A stretch of 64,000 nt of DNA from an uncultured Holophagae bacterium (GTDB lineage: Bacteria; Acidobacteriota; Thermoanaerobaculia; Thermoanaerobaculales; Sulfomarinibacteraceae), in NCBI GenBank assembly GCA_963754985.1, contig CAVWIJ010000006.1:27245-91244 (forward strand), in the 5' to 3' direction. Of the stretch, positions 40,310 through 49,856 are shown piece after piece (position 1 is the first letter of the stretch; every line of letters starts with the position of its first letter). Both the position numbers and the translations under genes were made by a program. The notes below the pieces were generated by a model. It had not been told where the DNA came from and ran no database searches. It saw nothing but the letters and a program-made list of their open reading frames with translations.

Positions 40310-42080
40310 TCACGGCCGAGAGGATCCGATCCAGCGAGCCCCAATGGTCGCGTTGATCGTGGTCCCGCGAGCGTGCCAGGGCTCCAGGACGAAGGGGGCC
40401 GCCGGCTGCAGCCGACCCGCCACCCGCCGAGTCAGCGTCAGCACCGGCAGCTCGAGCCGCGACGGGTGGTCGGGCCCGAACCGCAGCACCGGATGCGCGA
40501 CCACCGGCGAGGTCGGGATGTTGAGGTCGCCGCCGTCGTTCGGGTTGACCTCGAAGCGCGGCCAGTTGCTGCCGGACACCGCGATGCGGATGCGGTGGCC
40601 GGCGTTGAACACGATCGCGGTCGACCACAGCTCGACCGTCACCTCGACCGGGACCCCGGGCGTCAGCAGGCACTCGCGGTCGTCGCCGCAGCGCATCCGC
40701 GCCCGCTGCAGGCCGTCGAGCACCAGCATCGAGCGTCCGTCCGGGTAGACGTCGGTCAGCCGGACCGCGAGGTCGAGGTCGGCCGTGTCGGGCACCAACC
40801 ACAGCACGCAGCGCACCGGACCGACCACGGGCAGCGGCTCGCTCAGCGGCTCGGTCGTGAACACCGCGACGTCGTCGCGCGCCTCGATCGGCCGCTGGTC
40901 CTGCGGGCCGTCGCCCATCGGCCGGCCATCCACGATGAGGTCCGGGGACAGGTTCGCGCCGCCGAGCGTGTACACCGGATGGTCGGGATCCGACACCAGC
41001 TCGAGCTCGCCCTCGCCCGGCGCGGTGGATTCGAGCTCACCGTCCGCGGTCAGGAAGAGCTCGCGCGTCGCCGCCCGGGGCGGCCAGCGGTCGAGACCGA
41101 CCCACACGTTGCCGGGCGCGCCCGGCTCGCCCACCGCGCCCATCACGTACGCCCGCACCACCGGCCAGTCCTCGATCGCCGACGGCTCGTCGCGGAGCGT
41201 CGCCTCGTACCACGGCAGCAGGAGATCGATCGGGTCGAGCGCCGCGTTGGCGGGGTACGTGAGGGCCCCAGCCTGGCGCGAGAACAGGTCGTTGTGGGTC
41301 CACGGCCCCATCACCAGGAACTGCCGCCCGGTCGCCCCCGAGCCGCCCCGCTCCTGGAAGGCGGAGAACCCGTCGAGCGTGCCCTGGCCGAAGATGTCGT
41401 ACCAGCCGCCGACGTGGACGCCGGCGGCGTGGACCGAGCCCGCACTGGCGAGCACCTCCACTGGGTCCCACCACGCGTCCTTGAGCCGATGCTGACGAAT
41501 CTCGTCGTAGAAGGCGCTGGCGCCCTGGCTCTCCAGCCAGTTGACGGTCAGCTCCTCACGAATCGCGCCGCCCTGGAGGAACGCGTGGTGGTAGAGATCG
41601 GGGGTCGCCACCACCGGGGCGATCGAGCGCAGCGCGGGATCGGCGCCGGGCGCCAGCAGGTACTGGGGAATGGCGAACGCCGAGCCGCCGAACATGCCGA
41701 TGTGGCCATCGCACCAGGGCTGGTCCGCCACCCACTCGACGGTGACGCGTCCGTCCTCCGCGTCGTCCCGGAACACCGTGTCCTCGCCCCCGGAGTCGAA
41801 GCGGCCGCGCGTGTCCTGGGCGACGCAGGTGTACTGCAGCAGGGTGAGGCCCAGGCACACCTGCCCGCATGCCGTCCTTGTCGTACGGCGTCCGGATCAA
41901 GACCGTCGGCCACGGCCCGCCGCCGAACGGCAGGTAGACGTCGGTGGCGAGCAGCGTCCCGTCCGCGGCCGGGATCGAGATCTCGAAGCTCTGCGCCGGC
42001 ACCGGCGTTGCCGATGCCAGCATCACGGCCATCCCGATGACCGCCGCCGCGGCCCTCAAGCGTGCTTCTGGAGTGCCCAC
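40310..42080 (-). CDS. CocE/NonD family hydrolase, secreted; frameshift near 41865
   Basis: DGTLLATDVYLP..GPWPTVLIRTPY, QDTRGRFDSGG, QPWCDGHIGMFGGS, GGWYDIF, MGPWTH, LTDVYPDGRS, GHRIRIAVSGSNWPRF. Confidence 0.92.
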
Positions 42081-42141
42081 CGCGTTGATTGTACCCGCCG
42101 CCGGCCTTCCGAAACCGACGGTACGAAGATGGCCTGGATGG

Positions 42142-42168
42142 AAAACGCCCCCGCCGGAGCGGGGGCGT
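42142..42168 (-). terminator. intrinsic terminator
   Basis: ACGCCCCCGC-TCCG-GCGGGGGCG-TTTT on the minus strand after the 42195 stop. Confidence 0.75.
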
Positions 42169-42194
42169 GCGAGGTCATGGTCTGATTCGACCGG

Positions 42195-43960
42195 CTACGG
42201 CACCGTGACGCTCCAGCGCGAGGTGTCGCCCGAGTCGAAGCCGTCGACGAAGAGCTCGTCCACGCCAAGCCAGTCGAGCGCCGCTCCCAGCAGCGCGGCC
42301 CGGTCCTGCGGGTTGTCGACCGCCTCGTAGCCGAAGCCCAGGTAGACGATCCTGGCGCCGGACGTGGAGTCGGTGGCGCGGATCGCTCCCTGTAGCTGCT
42401 GCTCCGGTAGCTGAGGATCGCCGTCGCGTCGCTGTCGTAGGGTGCGATCGCGTCCGGGTACTCCTGGTTGTTGGCGCCGTCGCCGCCCTGGATGTGGAGG
42501 ATCGAGGCCATCGGTGATCGGGTCGCCGGCGACCCCGTCGAGATAGTAGATGTTGGTGTCGTCCGTGACGTAGCTCGCGTGCAGGTAGTCGTGGTACCAG
42601 ACCGGATCAACACTGCTGCTGGGATCGGCGAGCTCCCAGCCGATGTCCTGGCCGGTCAGGAACAGCTTGCCGCCGTGGTCGAGGTGCTGGCTGAGGAAGT
42701 CGCGGTCCTCGGCGTCGAGGGTGGGGTAGGCCAGGCCCACCTGCCAGATCAGCAGGCTGTAGGCCTGGAGCACCTCGTCGTTCAGCTTGCCGGCGGCGAG
42801 GTCCCAGACCCCATACGTCAGACCGAGGCTGTCGAGGGCCGCCGTGTAGTAGTTCTCGTAGGTCGTCGGAGCCATCGTCGTCGACGATCAGCACGTCGGC
42901 GTCGTCGGTGAGGTAGCTGAAGGGGATGACCAGCGGCGTCGTCAGGTTGGGCGAGCTGACCTCGAAGTGGAGCTTGATGTACCCCGGCGAGGTCGGCACG
43001 ACGTCGAGCGAGTAGTCGATCGACTCCTCGACGCCGAGGTCGAAGCTCCAGGGGCCGGTGTGGTGGCCGCCCTGGTCGTCCCAGTAGCTCGCGGTCCAGC
43101 CGGCCGGCGCCTGGTCGACGACCAGCTCGATGGTGAAGGTGTCGGCGAACCCGACGTTCATGATGGTGAAGGGCGGGCTCGGCGGGCCGGGCGCCGACGG
43201 CCCGACCTTGACCCGGTCGAAGGGCACCATCGCCCGCACGCTGTAGTCGGGCTCGGGGAAGGTCGACACCGCCTGCAGCACCTCCTTGTCGGCGGCGCGC
43301 TGCACGAAGACCACGGCGTGGAGATTGGCCTGGTTCCAGCTCGGGTCGACGTCGAAGCTCTTGGTGAAGACCGCGGTGTTGCCGGCGCCGGAGAGCGTGA
43401 TGGTGTCGTTGATGATGTCGCGGGTCACGTACGTGTACGTCTCACTCCCGTAGACGACGTCCTGCTCGAGCAGCAGGAAGCGGATGTGGTCACCGGCGAG
43501 GATGTCGGTCTCGGAGTACATCGTGACCGTGGCCTGGATGTCGCCGCTCGCCGGGTCGAGGGAGTTGATCTCGATCCGGACCGGCGCCGGCTGGAAGTAG
43601 GCGCCCCCGACGATCGAGAGGTATCGGACCACCGGTGGCGATCCCGGCGCCGCCGCCAACGACCTTGGTCAGGCCGTTGAAGACCACGGTCGGGAAGGCG
43701 TTGATGCCGTAGTAGGCGAGCGCGGCGTCGGTCTCCGGCGTGCCGAGGCCGCCGCTCGTCGCGTAGTAGCGCGCGCTGAGGAACTCGCCGTAGTTGTAAT
43801 GGGAGTGGACAACGTCCAGCCCCGCGTAGGCGTCGGGGCAGTAGCCGCACCAGGTCGCGGTCGCGTCCTCGGCCAGGGTCGTCTTGGGATAGGCATCGAG
43901 CGCGGCCAGCGGAGCGGCCGCCCCGAGCATCACGCACAGGAGCACAACGGCACGTCGCAT
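42195..43960 (-). CDS. secreted thioredoxin-fold/Omp28-related protein with C-terminal LFVDGFDSGDTSRWSVTVP tag; about 4 frameshifts
   Basis: Signal peptide; LAEDATATWCGYCP; YYGINAFPTVVFNG; 'VDPSWNQANLHAVVFVQ...KEVLQA'; 'ADVLIVDDDG..YY..AL..LG..Y.VWD'; 'GGKLFLTGQDIGW'. Confidence 0.78.
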
Positions 43961-44144
43961 TCCCCACCTCCATCGATTGACGGTCGGTCTGAAGCCACGG
44001 CCGACACGGTAACGCCTTCGAGTTCTCTGGTCAATTGGTTATATCTGAGATGCTATCGCAGTCTCTCGAGCCCAGCCGAGACGAGGGCGAACTCGCTCGG
44101 TGGTGAGGTCGGTCACCGGCGCGCCCCGGCCCTGGCAGACGATC

Positions 44145-45806
44145 ATGGATGTGATGTTCCGACGCTTCGCACCCCACCTGCGTCCCACCCTCCGCTCCGC
44201 CCGCTCCGTCGCCGCGCGACGGGTGATTGTGGTGGTGGTCGCGCTTGGCGGCCTGCTCGTTGCCGCCGCCGCCGCCCGCGACCTGATCGTGTTCGACGAC
44301 TTCGAGACCGGCGACGCGCGCTTCTGGTCGAGCTCGGTCCCGGTGCTCCCGGACACCGTCTGCGTCCCGGCGGCCGAGGTCGTCGAGCCGGCGAGCCCGA
44401 CGGTCCTCGGCGACGGCACGCCCGGCAGCGTGACCCGAGCCGAGATCCAGTCCGCCCTCGACGGCGGCGGCCACGTCAGCTTTGACCTCGGTCCGCTGCC
44501 GCAAACGATCGTCCTCGATGCCGAGCTCGTGATCACCCGCGAGGTCGTGCTCGACGGCGGCGGCCTGGTGACGCTGAGCGGCCAGGACAGCACCCGGGTC
44601 CTCAGGGTGACCCCGGCGTGGAGCCCGGTGGACGCCTACACCGCGACCTTGCAGCGGCTGCGGATCGAGCACGGGCGGGCGGCGGCCGCGCCACCCTTCG
44701 AAGACAGCGGAGGCGCGATCCTCGCGCCCGGTGGCGGCGCCTGGCAGGCCACGTCGCTGGTCGTCGTGGGATGCAGCTTCGTCGACAACCACGCCGTCGA
44801 CTCGGCCCAGGACAGCGGCGGCGGTGCGATCTACGCGATCGGTCTCGAGCGGCTCGCGATCGCCGGCTGCAGCTTCGAGGGCAACAGCGGCTCGAATGGG
44901 GGCGCGGTCTACTCGCTCGGCAGCCGCGAGGTCCACATCACCGGATCCACCTTCCGCGGCAACGCCGCCACCGGCGACGGCGGCAACCCGGGAGACGGCG
45001 GCAACGGCGGCGCGCTCGGCGTCGACGGCGCTGCGCGCCAGGTCCGGATCTGCGGCAGCCGCTTCCTCGAGAACACCGCCAACGCCTACGGCGCCGGGTT
45101 CTTCTCGGTGATGTACGACGACTCGAGCCTCACCGAGTTCATCGCCACCACCTTCGAGGCCAACCGCAACCCGGGCCCGGACCAGTTCGCGGGCGGAGCC
45201 TACGTGCAGGGCGGGCCGTTCGAGATCCGCGACACGACGTTCAGGGCCAACGAGGCGAACGGCGTCGGCGGCCTCTTCCTGGGGCCTCAGGCGACCGGCG
45301 AGCTCAGCAACTGCACCTTTTCAGGAAACGTGGCTCGCACCAGCCTCGGCGGGGCGATCACCGTCAACACCAGCCGTCCGGTGCTGCTGGTCAACTGCAC
45401 CATCGTCGACAACCACGCTCCCGGTGAGGTCGCATTCGCCGCCGGCATCAACGTCGACGCCGACCACGCCCTCACTTTGCGCAACACCATCCTCGCCGGC
45501 AACACCGCCGGCAACCTCTGGAACCCCTGGAACATCCGCCGCACGGTGCTTGACGGCGGCGGCAACCTGCAGTGGCCGCCGACCCGGCCCAACGGCCAGC
45601 CGGAGCCGCCCGCTACCGCGACCGTCGTCTGGGCCGAGCCGATGCTGCTGCCGTGCGCCGACAACGGCGGGCTGACCCAGACCATGGCTCCCGACGACGG
45701 CAGCCCGGCGATCGGCGGTGGAGTCTCCGGCGGTGCGCCGATGACCGACCAGCGCGGTCGATTGCGCACGCCGGCGCTCGACGTCGGCGCCTACGAGACG
45801 CCCTAG
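44145..45806 (+). CDS. secreted right-handed parallel beta-helix protein (GGAI/FxxN repeats, choice-of-anchor Q-like end)
   Basis: Repeats GGAI(Y), CSF..N, TF..N; C-terminal 'ADNGGLTQTMA...GSPAIG.G.....TDQRG..R....DVGAYE'. Confidence 0.85.
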   Translation: MDVMFRRFAPHLRPTLRSARSVAARRVIVVVVALGGLLVAAAAARDLIVFDDFETGDARFWSSSVPVLPDTVCVPAAEVVEPASPTVLGDGTPGSVTRAEIQSALDGGGHVSFDLGPLPQTIVLDAELVITREVVLDGGGLVTLSGQDSTRVLRVTPAWSPVDAYTATLQRLRIEHGRAAAAPPFEDSGGAILAPGGGAWQATSLVVVGCSFVDNHAVDSAQDSGGGAIYAIGLERLAIAGCSFEGNSGSNGGAVYSLGSREVHITGSTFRGNAATGDGGNPGDGGNGGALGVDGAARQVRICGSRFLENTANAYGAGFFSVMYDDSSLTEFIATTFEANRNPGPDQFAGGAYVQGGPFEIRDTTFRANEANGVGGLFLGPQATGELSNCTFSGNVARTSLGGAITVNTSRPVLLVNCTIVDNHAPGEVAFAAGINVDADHALTLRNTILAGNTAGNLWNPWNIRRTVLDGGGNLQWPPTRPNGQPEPPATATVVWAEPMLLPCADNGGLTQTMAPDDGSPAIGGGVSGGAPMTDQRGRLRTPALDVGAYETP

Positions 45807-45819
45807 GAGCCCGCAGTTC

Positions 45820-47050
45820 TCACCGCCCTCTGAATCGAGGTGAAGGTGACTGGTAGGCGGTGCCACAGGAGGTCGATGCGAAATGCGGACGTGTGAAGAG
45901 ACATCTCATGGTTATGGTGAGCTTCTTGACGGTCGGGAGTCGGCTGGAGGAGTCGGTCAGCCGGGCACACCGATGGAACCGGCAAGGAGGAGGGGCTGCG
46001 CAGCATCGTCCAGAAGGTCGTTCGTGCCGCAGTGGCCGTCCGACAACAACTCGGTCAACCACGTCCGGCGAAGAAGGCCATGCGGTGCGAACTCCGAGCG
46101 CCTCGACCACGGCCTCGAGCTCGTCCGCCACCTCGTCGACCGCGCGGTAGCGCGGGCAGTCGCCGATGGCGAAGCGCCGCAGGATCGCGGTGAAGGGCGC
46201 GGGCAGCCACGGGAAGAGCGCGCCGAGGTTCATCAGCCGGTAGGGGAAGAACATCGACGCGTCGGCGGAGCCGACCTTGCCGGCGAGATCGGGCCGCGTC
46301 TCGAGCACGTCGCGGATCCGGACGACCCGGCGCGCCGCGACGACGTGGAGCACGTTGCCGACGCTCCACAGGTCGAAGTCGGGCGAGCCGGGATCGAGGT
46401 CAAAGTCGATCCAGCGCAGGCGGCCGCTGCCGGCGTCGACGAACAGATGGTCGTTGCGGATGTCACCGTGGCAGAGACCGGCCGCGTGCAGCGGGCGATT
46501 GCGCGCAGCGCGTCAACGACCCTCGCAGCACGCCGGGCAAGGTCAAGCGCACGTAGTCCTCGTGGGTCCCCTCGAGGGTGCCGAGGTGGGTCAGCAGATC
46601 CTGCCCGCGGATGACGTCGAGCACCCGCACGAGGTTGCCGCGCGCGTCCCGCGCCGCCCTCCCCTGCATGAAGGCGAGGTCGCCGCGGGTCCGCTCGAGC
46701 ACCCGCGCCTCCTTCTCCGCGCTGCGCCGGCACAGGAACTCGACGTCCCCGACCCGGGCCCGGAACACCTCGGCGAAGACCAGCTTGACGATCTGCGGCC
46801 GGCCGCTGGTCAGCGAGATCGCGCGCTTGACCCAGTACTTCGGCTCGCCGGTCAGCCCGAAGCGCTTCTCGAGCTCGACGCCGCGCACCAGCAGCAGCTC
46901 GCCGCCGAGCCGGATCACGTCGCCGCGGTCGATGCCCATGAACTCGGTCGTGTCGTCGACGATTCGCGGCGGTCGGCTGATCTCCTGCCCGGTCAGCTCG
47001 CCGATCCGCCTCCTGATCCACTCCGCGTCGGGAGCGCCCGCCTCGCCCAC
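45820..47050 (-). CDS. protein-kinase-like protein; frameshift near 46510; 3' end uncertain
   Basis: 'EKRFGL..EPKYWVKRA', IVKLVF, KEARVL, catalytic-loop-like CHGDIRNDH, WIDFD, FDLWSVGNVL. Confidence 0.7.
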
Positions 47051-47186
47051 GCCTCCAGCATGCCACGGCGGCGCCCGTCCGCAAGCGCCGGCAGGGAGGC
47101 CGGCGCCGGGCGGCTCCGGGCGGAGAGCCATTGACGAGCCTGCCACCGCGCGCCCAGACTAGCGGACGCGTGGCAGGGAGGCCGGA

Positions 47187-48644
47187 ATGATCGTGCGTTG
47201 CGCCGTCGTCCTTTGCATGGCCGCGGCCGCCGCCGGCTGCTCGAGCCTCGGGCCGCGCGGCCTGACCGCCGCGTCGCCGGTGCCCGAGGCGCCCGAGCGC
47301 CCGTCGCAGCTCAGCCCGCCGGCCCCTCCCGAGATGCCGAGCCCGGTGATCCCCGAGCACCTGCTCGAGGAGGGCGCCACCTTCACCCTCGCCGACGTGG
47401 TCGACATCGCGCTGCGCAACAACCCGGTGACCAGGACCGCCTGGCTGGAGGCGCTCTCCGCAGCGGCCGAGCTCGGCAGCACGCGCTCGGCCTACTACCC
47501 GCGCCTCGACCTGACGATCGACGCCACGCGCACCCAGCAGAGCGCCCTGGGTGGACAGTTCGATTTTCTCCAGACCAGCTACGGACCGACCGTCGACCTG
47601 AGCTGGCTGGTGCTCGACCTCGGCGGGCGCGCCGCCGACGCCGAGGACGCGCGGCTCGGCCTGCTGGCCGCCGACTGGACGCACAACGCCGTGGTCCAGA
47701 ACGTGATCCTCGCCGTGCAGCAGACCTTCGTCGCCGTACCTCAACGCCAAGGCCCAGCTCGAGGCCGCCCGGACCAACGTGGCTCAGGCCCAGACCGCCC
47801 TCGACGCCGCCGAGGCGCGGCACGACGCCGGGCTCGCGACCATCGCCGAGGTGCTCCAGGCGAAGACGGCGCTGTCCCAGGAGCAGCTCGCGGTCGACCG
47901 GCTGTCGGGGTCAGGTGCTGGCTCTGCGCGGCGCCCTGGCCACCGCGATGGGCCTGCCCGCCTCCACGCCGTACGACGTCGGCAATCTCCCCGCCGACCT
48001 GCCGCTCGCAGCTCGCCACCGCGACGGTCGAGGAGCTCATCGAGGAGGCTCGAGCCGCCAGGCCCGACCTCGCGGCGGCCCGGCTCGAGGCCGAGCAGGC
48101 GGCCGCCCGCATCCGCTCGGCCCGGGCGCAGGGCCTGCCGATGCTGTCGCTGGGGGCGAGCGCGAGCCGGATCTACTACGACCCTGCGACCTACGCCGAC
48201 TACGGCGACAGCTGGTCGGCGCGCCTGATGCTCGGCGTGCCGCTGTTCACCGGGTTCGAGACCAAGTACAACACCGAGAAGGCGAAGCAGGACGCCGCCG
48301 CGTCGGCCTCCCGCGCCGACACCCTCGAGCAGCAGGTGATCCTCGAGGTGTGGACCAGCTACTACGGCCTCAAGACCGCGACCCAGCTCGTGAGCACGAC
48401 CCGCGACCTGCTCGCCAGCGCGGAGCAGTCGGAGCGGGTGGCGATGGGGCGCTACCGGGAGGGGGTCGGCACCATCCTCGACCTGCTCGCGGCGCAGTCG
48501 GCGCTCGCCGACGCGCGCGCCGAGGAGATCCTCGCCAGGTCCTCGTGGTTCTACGCGCTGGCGCAGCTCGCTCACGACACCGGCGTCGCCTCGCCGACTC
48601 TCCAGGCCACGGTGGCCGTCATCGAAGAGAAGGAAAGCCCATGA
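47187..48644 (+). CDS. TolC-family outer-membrane efflux lipoprotein; frameshifted
   Basis: Lipobox AAGC; TLADVVDIALRNNP; RPDLAAAR; VPLFTG; RYREGVGTILDLLAAQ. Confidence 0.9.
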   Translation: MIVRCAVVLCMAAAAAGCSSLGPRGLTAASPVPEAPERPSQLSPPAPPEMPSPVIPEHLLEEGATFTLADVVDIALRNNPVTRTAWLEALSAAAELGSTRSAYYPRLDLTIDATRTQQSALGGQFDFLQTSYGPTVDLSWLVLDLGGRAADAEDARLGLLAADWTHNAVVQNVILAVQQTFVAVPQRQGPARGRPDQRGSGPDRPRRRRGAARRRARDHRRGAPGEDGAVPGAARGRPAVGVRCWLCAAPWPPRWACPPPRRTTSAISPPTCRSQLATATVEELIEEARAARPDLAAARLEAEQAAARIRSARAQGLPMLSLGASASRIYYDPATYADYGDSWSARLMLGVPLFTGFETKYNTEKAKQDAAASASRADTLEQQVILEVWTSYYGLKTATQLVSTTRDLLASAEQSERVAMGRYREGVGTILDLLAAQSALADARAEEILARSSWFYALAQLAHDTGVASPTLQATVAVIEEKESP

Positions 48645-49856
48645 CACAGCGATCGATCGGTGCGCTCGTTCCGGCCGCCGGATCCCGCTCCCGGCACCCC
48701 GCGCGGCAGGCCGCGTCGCGGCTCGCCGCGGCCGTCGCGGCGGGCTCGTCCTGGCGCTCGCGGCCGGCGGCTGCGGCCGCTCCGGCACGGACGCAGCAGG
48801 GCAGGCCGGCCGCCGGTCCCGGTGACCGTGGGCACGGTCGAGCAGAAGACCGTGCCGGTCAGCTTCCGCGCCATCGGCAACGTCGAGCCGATCGAGACGG
48901 TCGCGGTGAGGGCCCGCATCGGCGGCGAGCTGCAGCGGGTCTGCTTCGACGGAGGGCCAGACCGTCCGCGCCGGGCAGACCGCTGTTCGCGATCGACCCC
49001 CGCCCCTACCGCGCGGCGCTCGCCCAGGCCGAGGCGCAGCTCGCCCGAGACCAGGCGCTGCTCGCCAAGGCCGAGGCCGACATCGCGCGCTACGCCGACC
49101 TCGTCAAGCAGGACTACGTCACCAAGGAGCAGTACGACCAGATCACGCGCCAACGCCGCGGCGCTGCGGGCCGCGGTCGCGGCCGACCAGGCCACCGTCG
49201 AGACCGCCCGGCTCAACCTCGACTACTGCACGATCCGCTCGCCGGTCGCCGGGCGCACCGGCAACGCTCATCGTCAAGGTCGGCAACCTGGTCAAGGCGA
49301 ACGACGACCAGCCGCTGGTCACCATCAACCAGATCCGCCCGATCTACGTCGCCTTCTCGGTGCCGGCGCAGCTGCTGCCCGCGGTGATCGCGCGCGCCGC
49401 GCCGGGATCGATCCAGGTCGTGGCGTCGCGTGCCCGGCGAGCCGACGCCGGCGGCCGAGGGACGCTTGACGCTTCGTCGACAACGCCGTCGACGCCGCGA
49501 CCGGCACGATCCTGCTCAAGGCCACCTTCGCCAACGAGGACGAGCGCGCTCTGGCCGGGCGCAGTTCGTCGACGTGACGGTCATCGCTGGGCGAGGAGCC
49601 GGACCGCGTCGTCGTGCCCGGCGGCGGCCGTCCAGACCGGCCAGCAGGGCCAGTACGTCTTCGTCGTCAAGCGCCGACCGGACGGTCGAGCTGCGGCCGG
49701 TGCAGGTCGCCCGGCATGGACGAGCGACGAGGCGGTCATCGCCGAGGGCCTCGCGGCCGGCGAGACGGTCGTCACCGACGGCCAGCTCCGGCTGGTGCCG
49801 GGGGCCGCGATCGAGGTCAAGGAGCCGGCGAGGCCGCGCGGGGACGCGAGCCATGA
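48641..49856 (+). CDS. RND efflux periplasmic adaptor (MdtA-like); many frameshifts
   Basis: AIGNVEPIETVAVRARIGGEL, LFAIDPRPY, LNLDYCTIRSPVAGRTG, DNAVDAATGTILLKATF.N, GLAAGETVVTDGQ; ATGA overlaps at both ends. Confidence 0.85.

Noticed and set aside
40410-40445. CocE C-terminal 'TRRVAGRLQP' as a fourth sorting tag
   Set aside because: Single instance in the window and the ORF continues past it; not supportable here
6087-43659. Programmed frameshifting or phase variation at the scattered frameshifts
   Set aside because: No consistent slippery heptamers or long homopolymer/SSR tracts at the junctions; sequencing indels are more parsimonious
43836-43856. Possible second selenoprotein in the Omp28/thioredoxin-like gene
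   Set aside because: The motif reads TGG TGC GGC TAC TGC (WCGYC), with ordinary Cys codons
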